Shown here one piece after another: positions 1 through 10,458 of a DNA stretch of 64,000 bases. This DNA is from Clostridia bacterium (lineage in GTDB: Bacteria > Bacillota > Clostridia > UMGS1883 > UMGS1540): the NCBI GenBank assembly GCA_045533905.1, contig JAZSIR010000011.1:37956-101955 (forward strand). Direction: 5' to 3'. Each line of letters opens with the position of its first letter. Position 1 is the stretch's first letter. The translations under genes and the position numbers were made by a program. Under the pieces are notes generated by a model. The model was not told the DNA's origin. It was given only the letters and a program-made list of their open reading frames with translations, and did no database searches.

Positions 1-894
1 CTGCATCATTTCAATATCGTAATTCGTGCGCTGGGCAATTCTTTGTGCCTCTAAAAGCTTTCCTTCGCGCTGAAAATAGGCCACGCGCTCGTCCGCTTCT
101 ATACGGATTTGGCGAATCGCCTCCTGAAGGCGTTCGCCTGTGGTTACATAGTGGGACGCCGGATAGATGCCCACATGGTTTCGCCGCCCGATAATCTCGC
201 CCGTGAGGACGTCAATTTCCGTAATGCGTTCAATTTCGTCCCCAAAAAATTCCACACGGATGGCTCTGTCGCCCGAGCCTGCAGGGAAAACTTCAAGAAC
301 ATCGCCTCTTACGCGGAACTTGCCGCGTGTGAAATTTACGTCATTTCGGGTATACTGAATATCCACAAGCCGGCGGATAACCTCATCCCTATCCTTTTGC
401 ATACCGGGGCGAAGGGACACAATCATACGGGCATAGTCCACCGGGTCACCAAGGCTATAGATGCACGACACGCTCGACACCACAATCACGTCGCGCCTTT
501 CAAGTAGTGCCGCCGTGGCGCTATGGCGAAGCTTATCGATTTCATCGTTTATCTGTGCATCCTTTTCGATATACGTATCCGTCTGCGGAATATAGGCTTC
601 CGGCTGATAATAGTCGTAATACGAAACGAAATACTCTACTGCATTATTCGGAAAAAACTCGCGAAACTCATTGCAAAGCTGAGCCGCCAGCGTTTTATTG
701 TGAGCGAGAACCAGTGTCGGGCGGTTGACATTGGCAATAATATTGGCCATTGTGAAGGTTTTGCCAGAACCTGTAACGCCCAGCAAAATCTGTTCTTTTA
801 GACCCCGGTTCAGTCCATCTGTCAATTTCGCAATTGCCTGCGGCTGGTCGCCCGTGGGCACAAATTTGGATTGCAGCATAAACTTTTCCGACAT
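1..894 (-). CDS. uvrB: Excinuclease ABC subunit B, 5' part (runs off the window edge)
   Basis: Manual translation [21 protein letters not shown]...[12 protein letters not shown] (Walker A)...[20 protein letters not shown]; AGGAG RBS upstream; absent from ORF track because no stop in window. Confidence 0.96.
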   Translation of the reverse strand, partial: MSEKFMLQSKFVPTGDQPQAIAKLTDGLNRGLKEQILLGVTGSGKTFTMANIIANVNRPTLVLAHNKTLAAQLCNEFREFFPNNAVEYFVSYYDYYQPEAYIPQTDTYIEKDAQINDEIDKLRHSATAALLERRDVIVVSSVSCIYSLGDPVDYARMIVSLRPGMQKDRDEVIRRLVDIQYTRNDVNFTRGKFRVRGDVLEVFPAGSGDRAIRVEFFGDEIERITEIDVLTGEIIGRRNHVGIYPASHYVTTGERLQEAIRQIRIEADERVAYFQREGKLLEAQRIAQRTNYDIEMMQ

Positions 895-924
895 GTTCTC
901 ACTCCTTTCTTTTCAGATGCTTTT

Positions 925-3900
925 TTACTCGCAGATTTCTGCATGAAGCTCCTGCAGGGACTTCATCACACCGCACCCCGGCTTATGCATCGATTTGATG
1001 CCGCTTGCGGCAGCCTTTGCGGCGGCAATGGTGGTAATGTAGGGTACCTTCTTTTTGATGGCGGCTTTTCGCAAATAGCTGTCATCCGTAGCGCTTTCAT
1101 CGCCCGAAGGGGTATTGATGATAAGGTCCACCTTGCCGTTTATAATCATATCATGAATATCCGGTCTTCCTTCTCCTAATTTATACACAAACTCTGAGAG
1201 AACGCCGGCATCCGTCAGAACCTTTTGTGTGTTCTTGGTAGCCAGAATTCGGAAACCTGCATTCTGTAAATCACGTGCTACTTCCAGTACTTCTTCTTTA
1301 TCCTTGCTGTTGACAGAAATCAGAACGTTGCCCGAAAGCGGCAGCTCGGTCTGTGTGGCTTCCTGTGCCTTTATAAAGGCTTCGCCGTAAAAGTGCGATA
1401 ATCCCAGCACTTCCCCGGTGGAACGCATTTCAGGGCCGAGCAGCGGGTCCACCTCCGGGAACATATTGAAGGGGAAAACGGCTTCTTTTACGCCGTAATA
1501 CGGAATTTTCCGTTCGCGAAGGTCGGGCACGGGCGATTTCCTGCCAGTAAGCTCTGCCGTTACAATATCAATCGCCAGAGGGACCATACGGATATTGCAG
1601 ACCTTCGACACAAGCGGCACGGTGCGGGAAGCTCTGGGATTGGCTTCAAGCACGAACACCTTGCCGTCTTCAATGGCATACTGCATATTCATAAGGCCTT
1701 TTACGCCCATTTCTTCTGCAATCTTTCGGGTATATTCCTTAATCGTCGCCACATTTTCTTCTGAAATATGGCGGGAAGGAATAATACAGGCAGAGTCGCC
1801 GGAGTGCACGCCCGCAAGCTCGATATGCTCCATAACGGCGGGAACAAACGCGTGCTTACCGTCGCTTATGGCATCGGCTTCACATTCCAGTGCATGGTTT
1901 AGGAAACGGTCGATAAGGATGGGACGGTCCGGCGTAACACCTACCGCGGCCGCCATATACTTTTTAAGATTTTCGGAGTCGTACACAACTTCCATTCCCC
2001 GCCCGCCGAGCACGTAGGAAGGACGCACCATTACGGGATAGCCAATCTTTTCGGCAATCGCAAGCGCTTCCTCCACGGTAACTGCCATACCGGATTCAGG
2101 CATCGGAATCCCGAGCTTTTCCATCATCGCACGGAATAAGTCTCTGTCCTCCGCCAGATCAATAACAGACGGCGGTGTGCCTAAAATTTTAACACCGTTC
2201 TTTTCGAGATCGGCTGCCAGGTTCAAAGGCGTCTGCCCGCCAAACTGCGCAATGACGCCGACGGGTTTTTCCTTATGATAAATACTGAGAACATCCTCAA
2301 GCGTAAGCGGCTCAAAGTAAAGCTTGTCGGAAGTGTCGTAGTCCGTAGATACGGTTTCGGGATTGCAGTTGACAATAATGGTAGCAAAGCCCAGTTTCTT
2401 GAGCGCCAAAGACGCGTGCACACAGCAATAGTCAAATTCAATGCCCTGCCCGATTCTGTTGGGGCCACCGCCCAAAATCATAACCTTCGGTTTTTCTTCG
2501 GCAATGGGATTTTTGTCCGTGCCGTTATAAGTGGAATAATAGTAGGCCTTATCCTCTGTCCCGCTGACGTGCACGGGCTCCCATGTTTCGGTGATGCCGA
2601 GCGCCATCCGGCGCGCGCGGATGCTGTCTTCCGGGATTTCCAGAATCTGGCTTACATACTTATCGGAGAACCCGTTTTGCTTCGCGCTACGCAGTGCTTC
2701 GTCAGAGGGCAAGCTTCCCTTCCATTCCATAAGCGCCTGTTCCTCCTGCACCAATTCCTGCATTTCCCGGATAAACCAATGCTTCACATGTGTAATGGCA
2801 TGAATTTCTTCAATAGTGGCGCCTTTTCGCAGTGCTTCATACATCATAAAATGTCGTTCGCTTGAAGGCGTATGCAAGCGGCGAAGAAGTTCTTCTTTGG
2901 AAAGCGTATTAAAATCTTTTGCATACCCAAGGCCGTAGCGTCCCGTTTCCAGACTGCGGATAGCCTTCTGGAACGCTTCTTTATAGGTTTTGCCGATACT
3001 CATAACCTCGCCGACCGCGCGCATCTGTGTGCCGAGCTTATCTTCTACACCCTTGAATTTTTCAAACGCCCAGCGTGCGAATTTGATGACGACATACTCG
3101 CCGTCCGGCACATATTTATCCAGCGTGCCGTACTTTCCGCAGGGGATATCCCGGAGCGTAAGCCCTGTTGCAAGCATTGCAGAAACCAAAGCAATCGGAA
3201 AGCCGGTGGCTTTTGATGCCAGCGCCGACGAGCGGGAAGTGCGGGGATTAATTTCAATTACGATATCTCGGTCCGTCTTCGGATCATGAGCCCACTGCAC
3301 GTTTGTACCGCCGATCACCTGCACGGATTCGACGATTTTGTACGATTTTTCCTGCAGCCGTTTTTGCACATATTCAGGAATTGTAAGCATCGGCGCAGAG
3401 CAGAATGAGTCGCCCGTATGTACACCGAGCGGGTCAATATTCTCAATAAAGCAAACAGTAATCATATTGCCGTCTTTATCGCGAACAACCTCAAGCTCGA
3501 GTTCCTCCCAGCCGAGGATGGATTCCTCCACAAGCACCTGCCCCACAAGGCTTGCCTGCAGCCCGCGTGCGCAAACGGTGCGCAGTTCATCCTCGTTGTA
3601 CACGAGGCCGCCGCCGGAGCCGCCCATTGTGTACGCCGGGCGTAATACTACGGGGTAGCCAAGTTCTTCTGCAATGCCGAGCGCCTCTTCCACAGAATAG
3701 GCAACCTCACTTCTTGCCATTTCAATGCCGAGGCTATCCATAGTTTGCTTGAAGGCAACGCGGTCCTCCCCGCGCTCAATCGCATCCACCAAAACGCCGA
3801 TAACTTCCACATTATATTTTTCCAAAACCCCTGCCTTTGCAAGCTCCGAGCAAAGATTCAAGCCCGACTGCCCGCCAAGGTTCGGAAGGAGTACATCAGG

Positions 3901-4134
3901 GCGCTCTTTTTCGATAATCTGCTCCAGTCTTTTCACATTCAGCGGCTCAATGTATGTGGCATCTGCCATTTCGGGATCCGTCATAATCGTAGCGGGGTTG
4001 GAATTTACCAATACAATTTCATACCCCAGATTCCTTAGCGCTTTGCAGGCCTGGGTGCCGGAGTAGTCAAATTCGCAGGCTTGTCCTATGATAATAGGAC
4101 CGGAACCTATAATCAGCGCTTTTTTCTTTTTCAT
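925..4134 (-). CDS. carB: Carbamoyl-phosphate synthase large subunit
   Basis: 1069 aa; IIGSGPIIIGQACEFDYSG, NSNPATIMTDP, second ATP-grasp half GGGPNRIGQGIEFDYCC, C-terminal MGS-like domain. Confidence 0.97.
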   Translation of the reverse strand: MKKKKALIIGSGPIIIGQACEFDYSGTQACKALRNLGYEIVLVNSNPATIMTDPEMADATYIEPLNVKRLEQIIEKERPDVLLPNLGGQSGLNLCSELAKAGVLEKYNVEVIGVLVDAIERGEDRVAFKQTMDSLGIEMARSEVAYSVEEALGIAEELGYPVVLRPAYTMGGSGGGLVYNEDELRTVCARGLQASLVGQVLVEESILGWEELELEVVRDKDGNMITVCFIENIDPLGVHTGDSFCSAPMLTIPEYVQKRLQEKSYKIVESVQVIGGTNVQWAHDPKTDRDIVIEINPRTSRSSALASKATGFPIALVSAMLATGLTLRDIPCGKYGTLDKYVPDGEYVVIKFARWAFEKFKGVEDKLGTQMRAVGEVMSIGKTYKEAFQKAIRSLETGRYGLGYAKDFNTLSKEELLRRLHTPSSERHFMMYEALRKGATIEEIHAITHVKHWFIREMQELVQEEQALMEWKGSLPSDEALRSAKQNGFSDKYVSQILEIPEDSIRARRMALGITETWEPVHVSGTEDKAYYYSTYNGTDKNPIAEEKPKVMILGGGPNRIGQGIEFDYCCVHASLALKKLGFATIIVNCNPETVSTDYDTSDKLYFEPLTLEDVLSIYHKEKPVGVIAQFGGQTPLNLAADLEKNGVKILGTPPSVIDLAEDRDLFRAMMEKLGIPMPESGMAVTVEEALAIAEKIGYPVMVRPSYVLGGRGMEVVYDSENLKKYMAAAVGVTPDRPILIDRFLNHALECEADAISDGKHAFVPAVMEHIELAGVHSGDSACIIPSRHISEENVATIKEYTRKIAEEMGVKGLMNMQYAIEDGKVFVLEANPRASRTVPLVSKVCNIRMVPLAIDIVTAELTGRKSPVPDLRERKIPYYGVKEAVFPFNMFPEVDPLLGPEMRSTGEVLGLSHFYGEAFIKAQEATQTELPLSGNVLISVNSKDKEEVLEVARDLQNAGFRILATKNTQKVLTDAGVLSEFVYKLGEGRPDIHDMIINGKVDLIINTPSGDESATDDSYLRKAAIKKKVPYITTIAAAKAAASGIKSMHKPGCGVMKSLQELHAEICE

Positions 4135-4165
4135 ATGGGCATCTCCTCTTTATAAAAACAAATTT

Positions 4166-6019
4166 TTACTTTTTTTCCCGGAAGTAATCGGTGCGGAGCA
4201 CAATTTCGTTTACACGCTCCCGTTTATAAAATTTTTCGTTCATACTGTCAATATACGCTATCTGGGAAAGGCTCTTCTGTTCCGTATCCGCCTCGGCAAA
4301 GTAATAAATCTCCCCGTCATACCACGCGCCACTGCTGAAATAGGTGTACCCTTCATATGCAGCATCGAAAATATCCCTGCCGAGCCAGTAGGGCGTCTTT
4401 TCAAGACCGAAAAGATTCACTACCGTTGGCAGAATATCAAGCGTATTCGTCACCTTGTTGATTTTTATGCCTGAAAGGTCTTTTGCATAAATGAAAAACG
4501 GCGCCTTTTCAAGCATATTCGGATTTTTCGCGTCGGACAAAGCATAGAGCTTTTCCCAGCTCGAAAGCCCATAGGCGAAATGGTCGGAAAATGCTACGAT
4601 AACCGTGTTGTCCATCTTTCCGTCCGCCTCCAGCTTTTCAAGAAGGATACGGAAGAACTCATCCGTATCGTGCGCCAGAATACGCGCATTATTGATTTCT
4701 GCATCCATCTGCCTGTCTATAAGGTGCGGGTAGTCGGCACGAATCTTGGAAAGCTTCGTATCCATATAGGTGTACGGCAGATGCGCGGAGTACGTAATGA
4801 TATAATCAAAGAACGGTTTGTCCTGCGTGGGCACCATCTTTTCGTAGAGCTTCTCGTTCTTTATGGCCGTACCGTCGCACTGGGCTTCGCGCTCTGTCAT
4901 ATACGTCTGGTACGAAACATATTCCTCGTACCCGAACGCCTTATGCATATCGCCGCGGTTATAAAAATCGGGCGTGTTGAAATGGAAGGAGCGCGTCTCG
5001 TACCCTTTTTTCTTGAACTGGTTCGCAAGCGAATACGGATAGGCATTTTGCGAAAGCGCCGCCGCGGGCGTTCCGGCCGCCATGGCGTGATAGCCGGTAT
5101 TTACGGTAAATTCTGTATTGAAAGTGTAGCCCGTGCCGAAGGTAGAGGCGAAATGATTCGTAAAATTGATGCCGTTTTTCATCATATAGGAGATGGTGGG
5201 CGTGTACTTTTCATCTATCATCCACCCGTCCATACTCTCCATCATAACCATAATCACGTTTTTGCCCTCGAAAAGCCCTGTCATATCATTCTCGGGAGAA
5301 GGTGTATTTTCGGCAAAGTAGTCCGCGGCCGCACCTGCCGAATCGGCGAGGAGGTCTTTTTCCGGGAAGGTCATACGAAGCACATTTCGAAATACATACT
5401 GGTATGCCCCTGCCGTGTGCATCGAGCGGGCCGTATCCGTAAAGTTTCTGTATACGCCCTTGGCGTACAGAACGTCGGTACTTTGCGGCTCGGTGCCTTG
5501 CCCTGCATCGGTCATCATAAACGTGTGGAGCGTTACGAGCCCTAAAATCGGCACCAGAATCCATAGCCCCGACGGCGAAAACCGTTCCTTTCTCCAGTGG
5601 CGGAAGGTGACGATAATGAGAAAAATCTCGAGTACCGCCGAAAGCAGAAGCCAAATATCTATAAAGCCCAGAATATAGCCGGAGTAATCCATCGCCTGCC
5701 CCGTCATCCCGACATTATCGAGCCAGAAAAACTGATTGAAAATGCAGAAATACACATAGCCCGATAGCATAAACACCGCAAAAAGCGAGGCAATACCAAG
5801 ATACAAAGCGCGCCCCCACCTGCGCGATACAAAGCCGGTTAAAAGAAGCACAAAGAAAGAAACCCAGAGCACCGTAAAAAGTGCAGGCACACCTCGAAGC
5901 GCCTCAATCTGATACGATGCGCTTTTGGCACGGAGCACCACATCGGGCAGCAAAAGAGACAAAACCATCGTATATAGGAACAGATTTCGTTTTAGAAAGT
6001 TTTTTATTTTTTCTGCCAT
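4166..6019 (-). CDS. LTA synthase family (sulfatase-fold) membrane protein
   Basis: About five N-terminal TM segments then NVIMVMMES, TFNTEF, AHLPY, FSDH metal-ligand motifs; start reset to MAEKIK behind AAGGAA. Confidence 0.85.
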   Translation of the reverse strand: MAEKIKNFLKRNLFLYTMVLSLLLPDVVLRAKSASYQIEALRGVPALFTVLWVSFFVLLLTGFVSRRWGRALYLGIASLFAVFMLSGYVYFCIFNQFFWLDNVGMTGQAMDYSGYILGFIDIWLLLSAVLEIFLIIVTFRHWRKERFSPSGLWILVPILGLVTLHTFMMTDAGQGTEPQSTDVLYAKGVYRNFTDTARSMHTAGAYQYVFRNVLRMTFPEKDLLADSAGAAADYFAENTPSPENDMTGLFEGKNVIMVMMESMDGWMIDEKYTPTISYMMKNGINFTNHFASTFGTGYTFNTEFTVNTGYHAMAAGTPAAALSQNAYPYSLANQFKKKGYETRSFHFNTPDFYNRGDMHKAFGYEEYVSYQTYMTEREAQCDGTAIKNEKLYEKMVPTQDKPFFDYIITYSAHLPYTYMDTKLSKIRADYPHLIDRQMDAEINNARILAHDTDEFFRILLEKLEADGKMDNTVIVAFSDHFAYGLSSWEKLYALSDAKNPNMLEKAPFFIYAKDLSGIKINKVTNTLDILPTVVNLFGLEKTPYWLGRDIFDAAYEGYTYFSSGAWYDGEIYYFAEADTEQKSLSQIAYIDSMNEKFYKRERVNEIVLRTDYFREKK

Positions 6020-6217
6020 ACAAAATTCCTTTCTTTTCAGGAAAGATTTATATAAGGGACAGATACCGACTTTTTTACTGCATTGCGATCGCGGGCTGCT
6101 ATAAAAACTATATCCTCTGCATATGCCCTTCTCTCCTTGATTGCAGGAATGCAATATTGATTATTTCTACCAACATTTGAAATCTCTGCTATAAATGAGT
6201 AAGGTTTGGGCACAAAC

Positions 6218-6883
6218 TTACAGCATAAGGCTTTTAAGCGAATCTCCCTTATCTATATAAATGGTTGCCGTTTTTCTGATTTCATCCTGACCGTAGTTGT
6301 ATTTATCATAAATTCCAACTGTTTTCATTCCTAGTTTATCCGCAGTACATATTGCAATATGTGAATCTTCTATTATACAGGTTTTATCTGCCGGCGTTCC
6401 AAGACATTCAAGCGCATTCAAGTATATATCCGGTTTGTCTTTGCCTTTGCCGATTTCTGCACACGAAAGAATATCTGTAAAATATTTTTCAATTTTACAA
6501 TGCTTAACAGCAATTTTTATCAAATTGATATCCGTTGCAGAGGCTATACACATCTTAATTTCCTTGTTATAGCAGTATTCCAAAAATTCTGCAACGCCTT
6601 CTTTCAGTTCAACCTCTTCAGAATAGAAATCTATCATTATTTTATTTGCAGTTTCAAACAACTCGTTCCCTGTTTCCCCGATATTGTACTTCGTATGTAT
6701 ATAGTCCATTGCATCTTTTAGCGTCATTGTTCTTACTGCTTTGTCGTCAGCTGATGAAGGTGCAAAACTTTTTCCTTCACAAAATAAACTGCCAAAATTC
6801 TTCCAAATTACATCCCACAACATCAAGGAATCAACCAAAGTTCCATCCATATCAAATATTGCACCCTTAATATTTTGAAACAT
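6218..6883 (-). CDS. HAD-IA family phosphatase (AT-rich relative to neighbours)
   Basis: IFDMDGTLVDS motif I, KDKPDIY, IIEDS motif IV; GAAAGGAG RBS before MFQNIKG. Confidence 0.9.
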   Translation of the reverse strand: MFQNIKGAIFDMDGTLVDSLMLWDVIWKNFGSLFCEGKSFAPSSADDKAVRTMTLKDAMDYIHTKYNIGETGNELFETANKIMIDFYSEEVELKEGVAEFLEYCYNKEIKMCIASATDINLIKIAVKHCKIEKYFTDILSCAEIGKGKDKPDIYLNALECLGTPADKTCIIEDSHIAICTADKLGMKTVGIYDKYNYGQDEIRKTATIYIDKGDSLKSLML

Positions 6884-7028
6884 TCTCCATTTCTCCTTTC
6901 GACAGCTTACCATATGCAAACACAATACGGTATGAATTCTTGTCACGTCAGCGGCATATTGCGTGTGAAGCACATTTCGGGAATTCGTAAGAATTCATAT
7001 CGATGTGTTGCAATGGCCATACAGAAAT

Positions 7029-7058
7029 ATTATACCACGGTCAATACAAAAATTGCAA
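7029..7058 (-). promoter_or_regulatory. sigmaA promoter for HAD gene leader
   Basis: TTGCAA-18-TATAAT with extended -10 TGn. Confidence 0.6.
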
Positions 7059-7085
7059 GAATCTCCGCGGATTTCCTCTTTTTAT

Positions 7086-7114
7086 TTGACGGACTTCCCC
7101 GCATATGGTATACT
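7086..7114 (+). promoter_or_regulatory. sigmaA promoter
   Basis: TTGACG-17-TATACT with TGn, ahead of AAGGAGG RBS. Confidence 0.7.
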
Positions 7115-7139
7115 GGTAAAAAAGAAAGGAGGTGCCGCG

Positions 7140-8681
7140 GTGCAGACTTTTTCCGTAAGCCTTTCCCTGCCACCCGAAGGCGGTGACCTTGTAAAAGCAG
7201 CCGCCCGAAAGCTTGGCACGGCAGAAAACAATATTACATCCGTTTCGATTCTCAAACGTTCCATCGATGCACGCCGCGCGCCTCAGTTTGTATACAGCCT
7301 TGCCGTGTGCGTAAAAAACGAAAAGAATATCCACGCGCCGGTGTACAGGGAACCGGCCCCTTTTTCTGTGCCGAAGGTTTCGCTCCCCCGCCGCCCCGTT
7401 GTGGTAGGGCTCGGCCCTGCCGGCCTTTTCGGTGCGCTTATTTTAGCGCGGGCAGGCGCACGCCCGATTGTACTCGAGCGCGGGGAATCGATTGAAAACC
7501 GCGCCGCCACGGTGCAGCAGTTCATGGATGGTGGTGCCCTTTCCCCCTCTTCCAACGTGCAGTTTGGCGAGGGCGGTGCCGGTGCGTTTTCGGACGGTAA
7601 AATCGGCACAGGCATCAAAAGCCCTCTGCTCCGTTTTGTGAAAGAAACCTTTATCGAGCACGGCGCTCCCGAGGAAATTGCCTTTGATGCGCATCCGCAT
7701 ATCGGGTCGGACCGGCTTCCCGCCGTCGTGCGCGGGATTCGCGAGGAAATCATTGCGCTCGGCGGCGAAGTGCATTTTTCTTCACAGATGACGGATATAA
7801 GAACTGCGGGCGGTACCGTTTCGGCGGTAGAGACGCTCGATGCCATATATGAAACCGACGCCGTGCTTCTGGCCGTGGGCCACAGCGCGCGCGACACGTT
7901 TTCGCTCCTTCGGGAAAAAGGCGCAGATATGATTGCAAAGCCGTTTTCGGTGGGTGCGCGTATTGAGCATCCGCGATCTGAAATTGACCGCGCGCTCTAC
8001 GGCGCGGCCGCCTCTATTCTCCCCGCGGCGGAATACCGCCTTGTCTGCCATCTTCCCACAGGGCGCTCGGTATACACCTTCTGTATGTGCCCGGGCGGCT
8101 ATGTTATCCCGGCCGCAAGTGAGGCGGGCGGCGTGGTTACAAACGGCTACAGCCTCCACGCGCGTGACGGCGAAAATTCCAATGCCGCCGTTTTGGTGGG
8201 TATCGGGCCCGAAGATTTTGGCACAGACCCCTTTGATGGCGTACGCCTTCAGCGTGAAATAGAAGAAGCCGCCTATAAAATAGGCGGCGGCACATATAAA
8301 GCACCGTGTCAGCGCGTTTCGGACTTTCTTGCAGACCGCCGCACAGCTGCCTGCGGCACGGTTTCGCCCACCTATGCCCGCGGCGTATTGCCGGGACATA
8401 TCGGAGACTGCCTGCCTTCCTTTGTGACGGACGCGATGCGCGAGGCGCTCCCCGTCTTTGCCAAAAAGCTTTCCCCCTATGGGATGGGAGATGCTCTCCT
8501 TACGGCACCGGAAACGCGCAGTTCCTCCCCGCTCCGCATTCTGCGCGGAGAGGATGGACAAAGCAATCTCCGCGGCCTTTATCCCGCAGGCGAGGGCAGC
8601 GGATACGCGGGCGGCATTATGTCCGCCGCGATCGACGGCATCGGCGCCGCACTTTCTATCCTTTCCGGATCCAGAGTGTAA
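7140..8681 (+). CDS. NAD(P)/FAD-dependent oxidoreductase (uncharacterised FAD dehydrogenase family)
   Basis: VVGLGPAGLF dinucleotide motif, FGEGGAGAFSDGK, FCMCPGG, ETRSSSP, GEGSGYAGGIMSAA; GTG start after AAGGAGG. Confidence 0.9.
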   Translation: MQTFSVSLSLPPEGGDLVKAAARKLGTAENNITSVSILKRSIDARRAPQFVYSLAVCVKNEKNIHAPVYREPAPFSVPKVSLPRRPVVVGLGPAGLFGALILARAGARPIVLERGESIENRAATVQQFMDGGALSPSSNVQFGEGGAGAFSDGKIGTGIKSPLLRFVKETFIEHGAPEEIAFDAHPHIGSDRLPAVVRGIREEIIALGGEVHFSSQMTDIRTAGGTVSAVETLDAIYETDAVLLAVGHSARDTFSLLREKGADMIAKPFSVGARIEHPRSEIDRALYGAAASILPAAEYRLVCHLPTGRSVYTFCMCPGGYVIPAASEAGGVVTNGYSLHARDGENSNAAVLVGIGPEDFGTDPFDGVRLQREIEEAAYKIGGGTYKAPCQRVSDFLADRRTAACGTVSPTYARGVLPGHIGDCLPSFVTDAMREALPVFAKKLSPYGMGDALLTAPETRSSSPLRILRGEDGQSNLRGLYPAGEGSGYAGGIMSAAIDGIGAALSILSGSRV

Positions 8682-8928
8682 GCAGCGAAAGCGCACCTAC
8701 ACCCGGAAGGCCGAGCGTGCCCGCCAGAAATGCCGTGACGGGATTTACCGCAAGCTGCCACCCCCACACCGTGCCGACCGTATTCCCAAGGCACAAAAGC
8801 GCACCGCCAAAAAGCATACGGAAAAGGATGCGGCACAAAAACCAAAGCGGTTTTCTGAAAATCCGCAGGAAAAATATAAGCGCTACAAAAAGAGCAATAT
8901 AAAAAAGCACTTCCAGATGAAGCTGCAT
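8656..8928 (-). CDS. bofA: Pro-sigmaK processing inhibitor BofA family protein
   Basis: ~90 aa hydrophobic protein ending AVNPVTAFLAGTLGLPG, typical BofA C-terminal motif. Confidence 0.8.
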   Translation of the reverse strand: MQLHLEVLFYIALFVALIFFLRIFRKPLWFLCRILFRMLFGGALLCLGNTVGTVWGWQLAVNPVTAFLAGTLGLPGVGALSLLTLWIRKG

Positions 8929-8990
8929 GTCCAAAACCCCCTTTTCAGCATATATATGCACGAAAAGGGAGTTTTAGTATCTCTTTTTAT

Positions 8991-9818
8991 TTAGAGTCTG
9001 TTATTTTGCCGGAGCTCTTCGTCAATCACGCTCGTGCCGTAGTAAATGTAGGCAAAGGTAGTGGCAGAAAAGCCGAGGGCTGCAAACAGCATAATAAAGC
9101 CGAGGTTCAGATAGAAAAGCATAAAGAATACTGCAAAGACCACGAGACTTGCCAGAAAAACCAGAATACAGCTGGGCAGATGCCGGAGCGTAAGCTGCAG
9201 TGCCGTTTTGAGTATGCCGCCGAGGGACATATCCATCGTTACCATAAGCGGATAGAGGAAAAAGTGCATCATCAGATACATAAAGAGTATACTGAGTGCG
9301 AAAAAGCCGAGTACCATCGATACAAACGGCGGAATCGGCATCGCCGCGCTGTTTGCAAAATACAGGTACGCCGCGCCGACAAGGACGATGAGAAGGACGA
9401 TATCCAGGAGGAAGAGAAAGAGGCCTTTCCAGAAATTCTCCTTCGTGTTGGAAACGAAATCATCCCACACCCAGGCGTGCTCTTCGCGCGCGAAGTTACG
9501 AAGTACATACGCGTGCCCTGCGCTGCCCGGGCCTGCGCCCATAAAGCTTGTAAGAAACAGCGAGAGATATATGCTCATATAAAATACAAAGGCCGTATCT
9601 TTGATGGGGCTGAAGGCCATCTGCAAAAAAGTGCCTACCCAGAAGAACGCAATGAATGCAGGGATGGCAAACAGCGTGTAGGAAAGGCTGAGGCTTACAA
9701 GCCGCCAGAATTTCCGAACGAAAATATCGAAAAACAGAAAAAACCCGCGTTTTTCCGGCCCATCCTTATATACGCCGGGGCCCGGCTTGTCAAAATTAAA
9801 AAGTCCAAAAAAACCCAT
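8991..9818 (-). CDS. DUF624/YesL-like integral membrane protein
   Basis: KPGPGV N-terminus, RNFAREEHAWVWDDF loop, multiple TM helices. Confidence 0.7.
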   Translation of the reverse strand: MGFFGLFNFDKPGPGVYKDGPEKRGFFLFFDIFVRKFWRLVSLSLSYTLFAIPAFIAFFWVGTFLQMAFSPIKDTAFVFYMSIYLSLFLTSFMGAGPGSAGHAYVLRNFAREEHAWVWDDFVSNTKENFWKGLFLFLLDIVLLIVLVGAAYLYFANSAAMPIPPFVSMVLGFFALSILFMYLMMHFFLYPLMVTMDMSLGGILKTALQLTLRHLPSCILVFLASLVVFAVFFMLFYLNLGFIMLFAALGFSATTFAYIYYGTSVIDEELRQNNRL

Positions 9819-9831
9819 TGTAATCTCCTTT

Positions 9832-10458
9832 TTATTTTTCCGTCAAGGTTTCCACTGCGCGGGGCGGCGTTTTGCCGATATCCTTGCCCGGCACGGTGCG
9901 GTAATCAAAGCTGCGGGTAAATTCGCCGATTTCGCCGCGAAGGCGCGAAAGCTTCTCCGCCATATGCGCATAAAGCACCTTATAAAGTGCCGCATCGCCC
10001 TTACCCATTTTTTCGGAAAGCGCATAAAAATGCGAAAGGCATACTCCCTCTGTGCTGAGATATTTTTCGAGAAACTCCGGTTCTTTCCGGAGAAGCCACA
10101 GGCAGTTTTCCAGACACTTATCCATCTGCCCGTCCCGCCGTGCACAAACGGCGCACGTTTTTCCGCGATGCTTACCGGGCTTTTTGGCTTTTAGGAATTC
10201 TTTTTCGAGCGTATCGAGCCTCGTTTCCAGTGCCAGCATCAGCGGCAGTTTCTTCTGCATCCCGAGCATAGCCTCACCATGTGTGCGGCAAAAGCCGAGC
10301 GCATTCGTTTCGATGCGCACCGAAGGCTCCATTACCGCCGCGCCCATATAATATTCGAGTGCTCTTTCTGTAAGGTCCTTTTCAATTTTGCAGAGGAAGC
10401 AGGAATGGCCTTCCTCGAGTGCTTCTGTAAGCGGAATCGTGTAGTTATGCTCTTTCAT
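9832..10458 (-). CDS. Conserved Cys/His-rich protein (DUF6062-like)
   Basis: MKEHNYTIP start, CFLC, GFCRTH, CAVC, GVCLSH repeated Zn-ligand motifs; overlaps pgsA stop. Confidence 0.7.
   Translation of the reverse strand: MKEHNYTIPLTEALEEGHSCFLCKIEKDLTERALEYYMGAAVMEPSVRIETNALGFCRTHGEAMLGMQKKLPLMLALETRLDTLEKEFLKAKKPGKHRGKTCAVCARRDGQMDKCLENCLWLLRKEPEFLEKYLSTEGVCLSHFYALSEKMGKGDAALYKVLYAHMAEKLSRLRGEIGEFTRSFDYRTVPGKDIGKTPPRAVETLTEK

Noticed and set aside
6909-7017. Canonical integron attC site
   Set aside because: Lacks RYYYAAC/GTTRRRY boxes, single copy, no integrase; kept only as an unexplained hairpin
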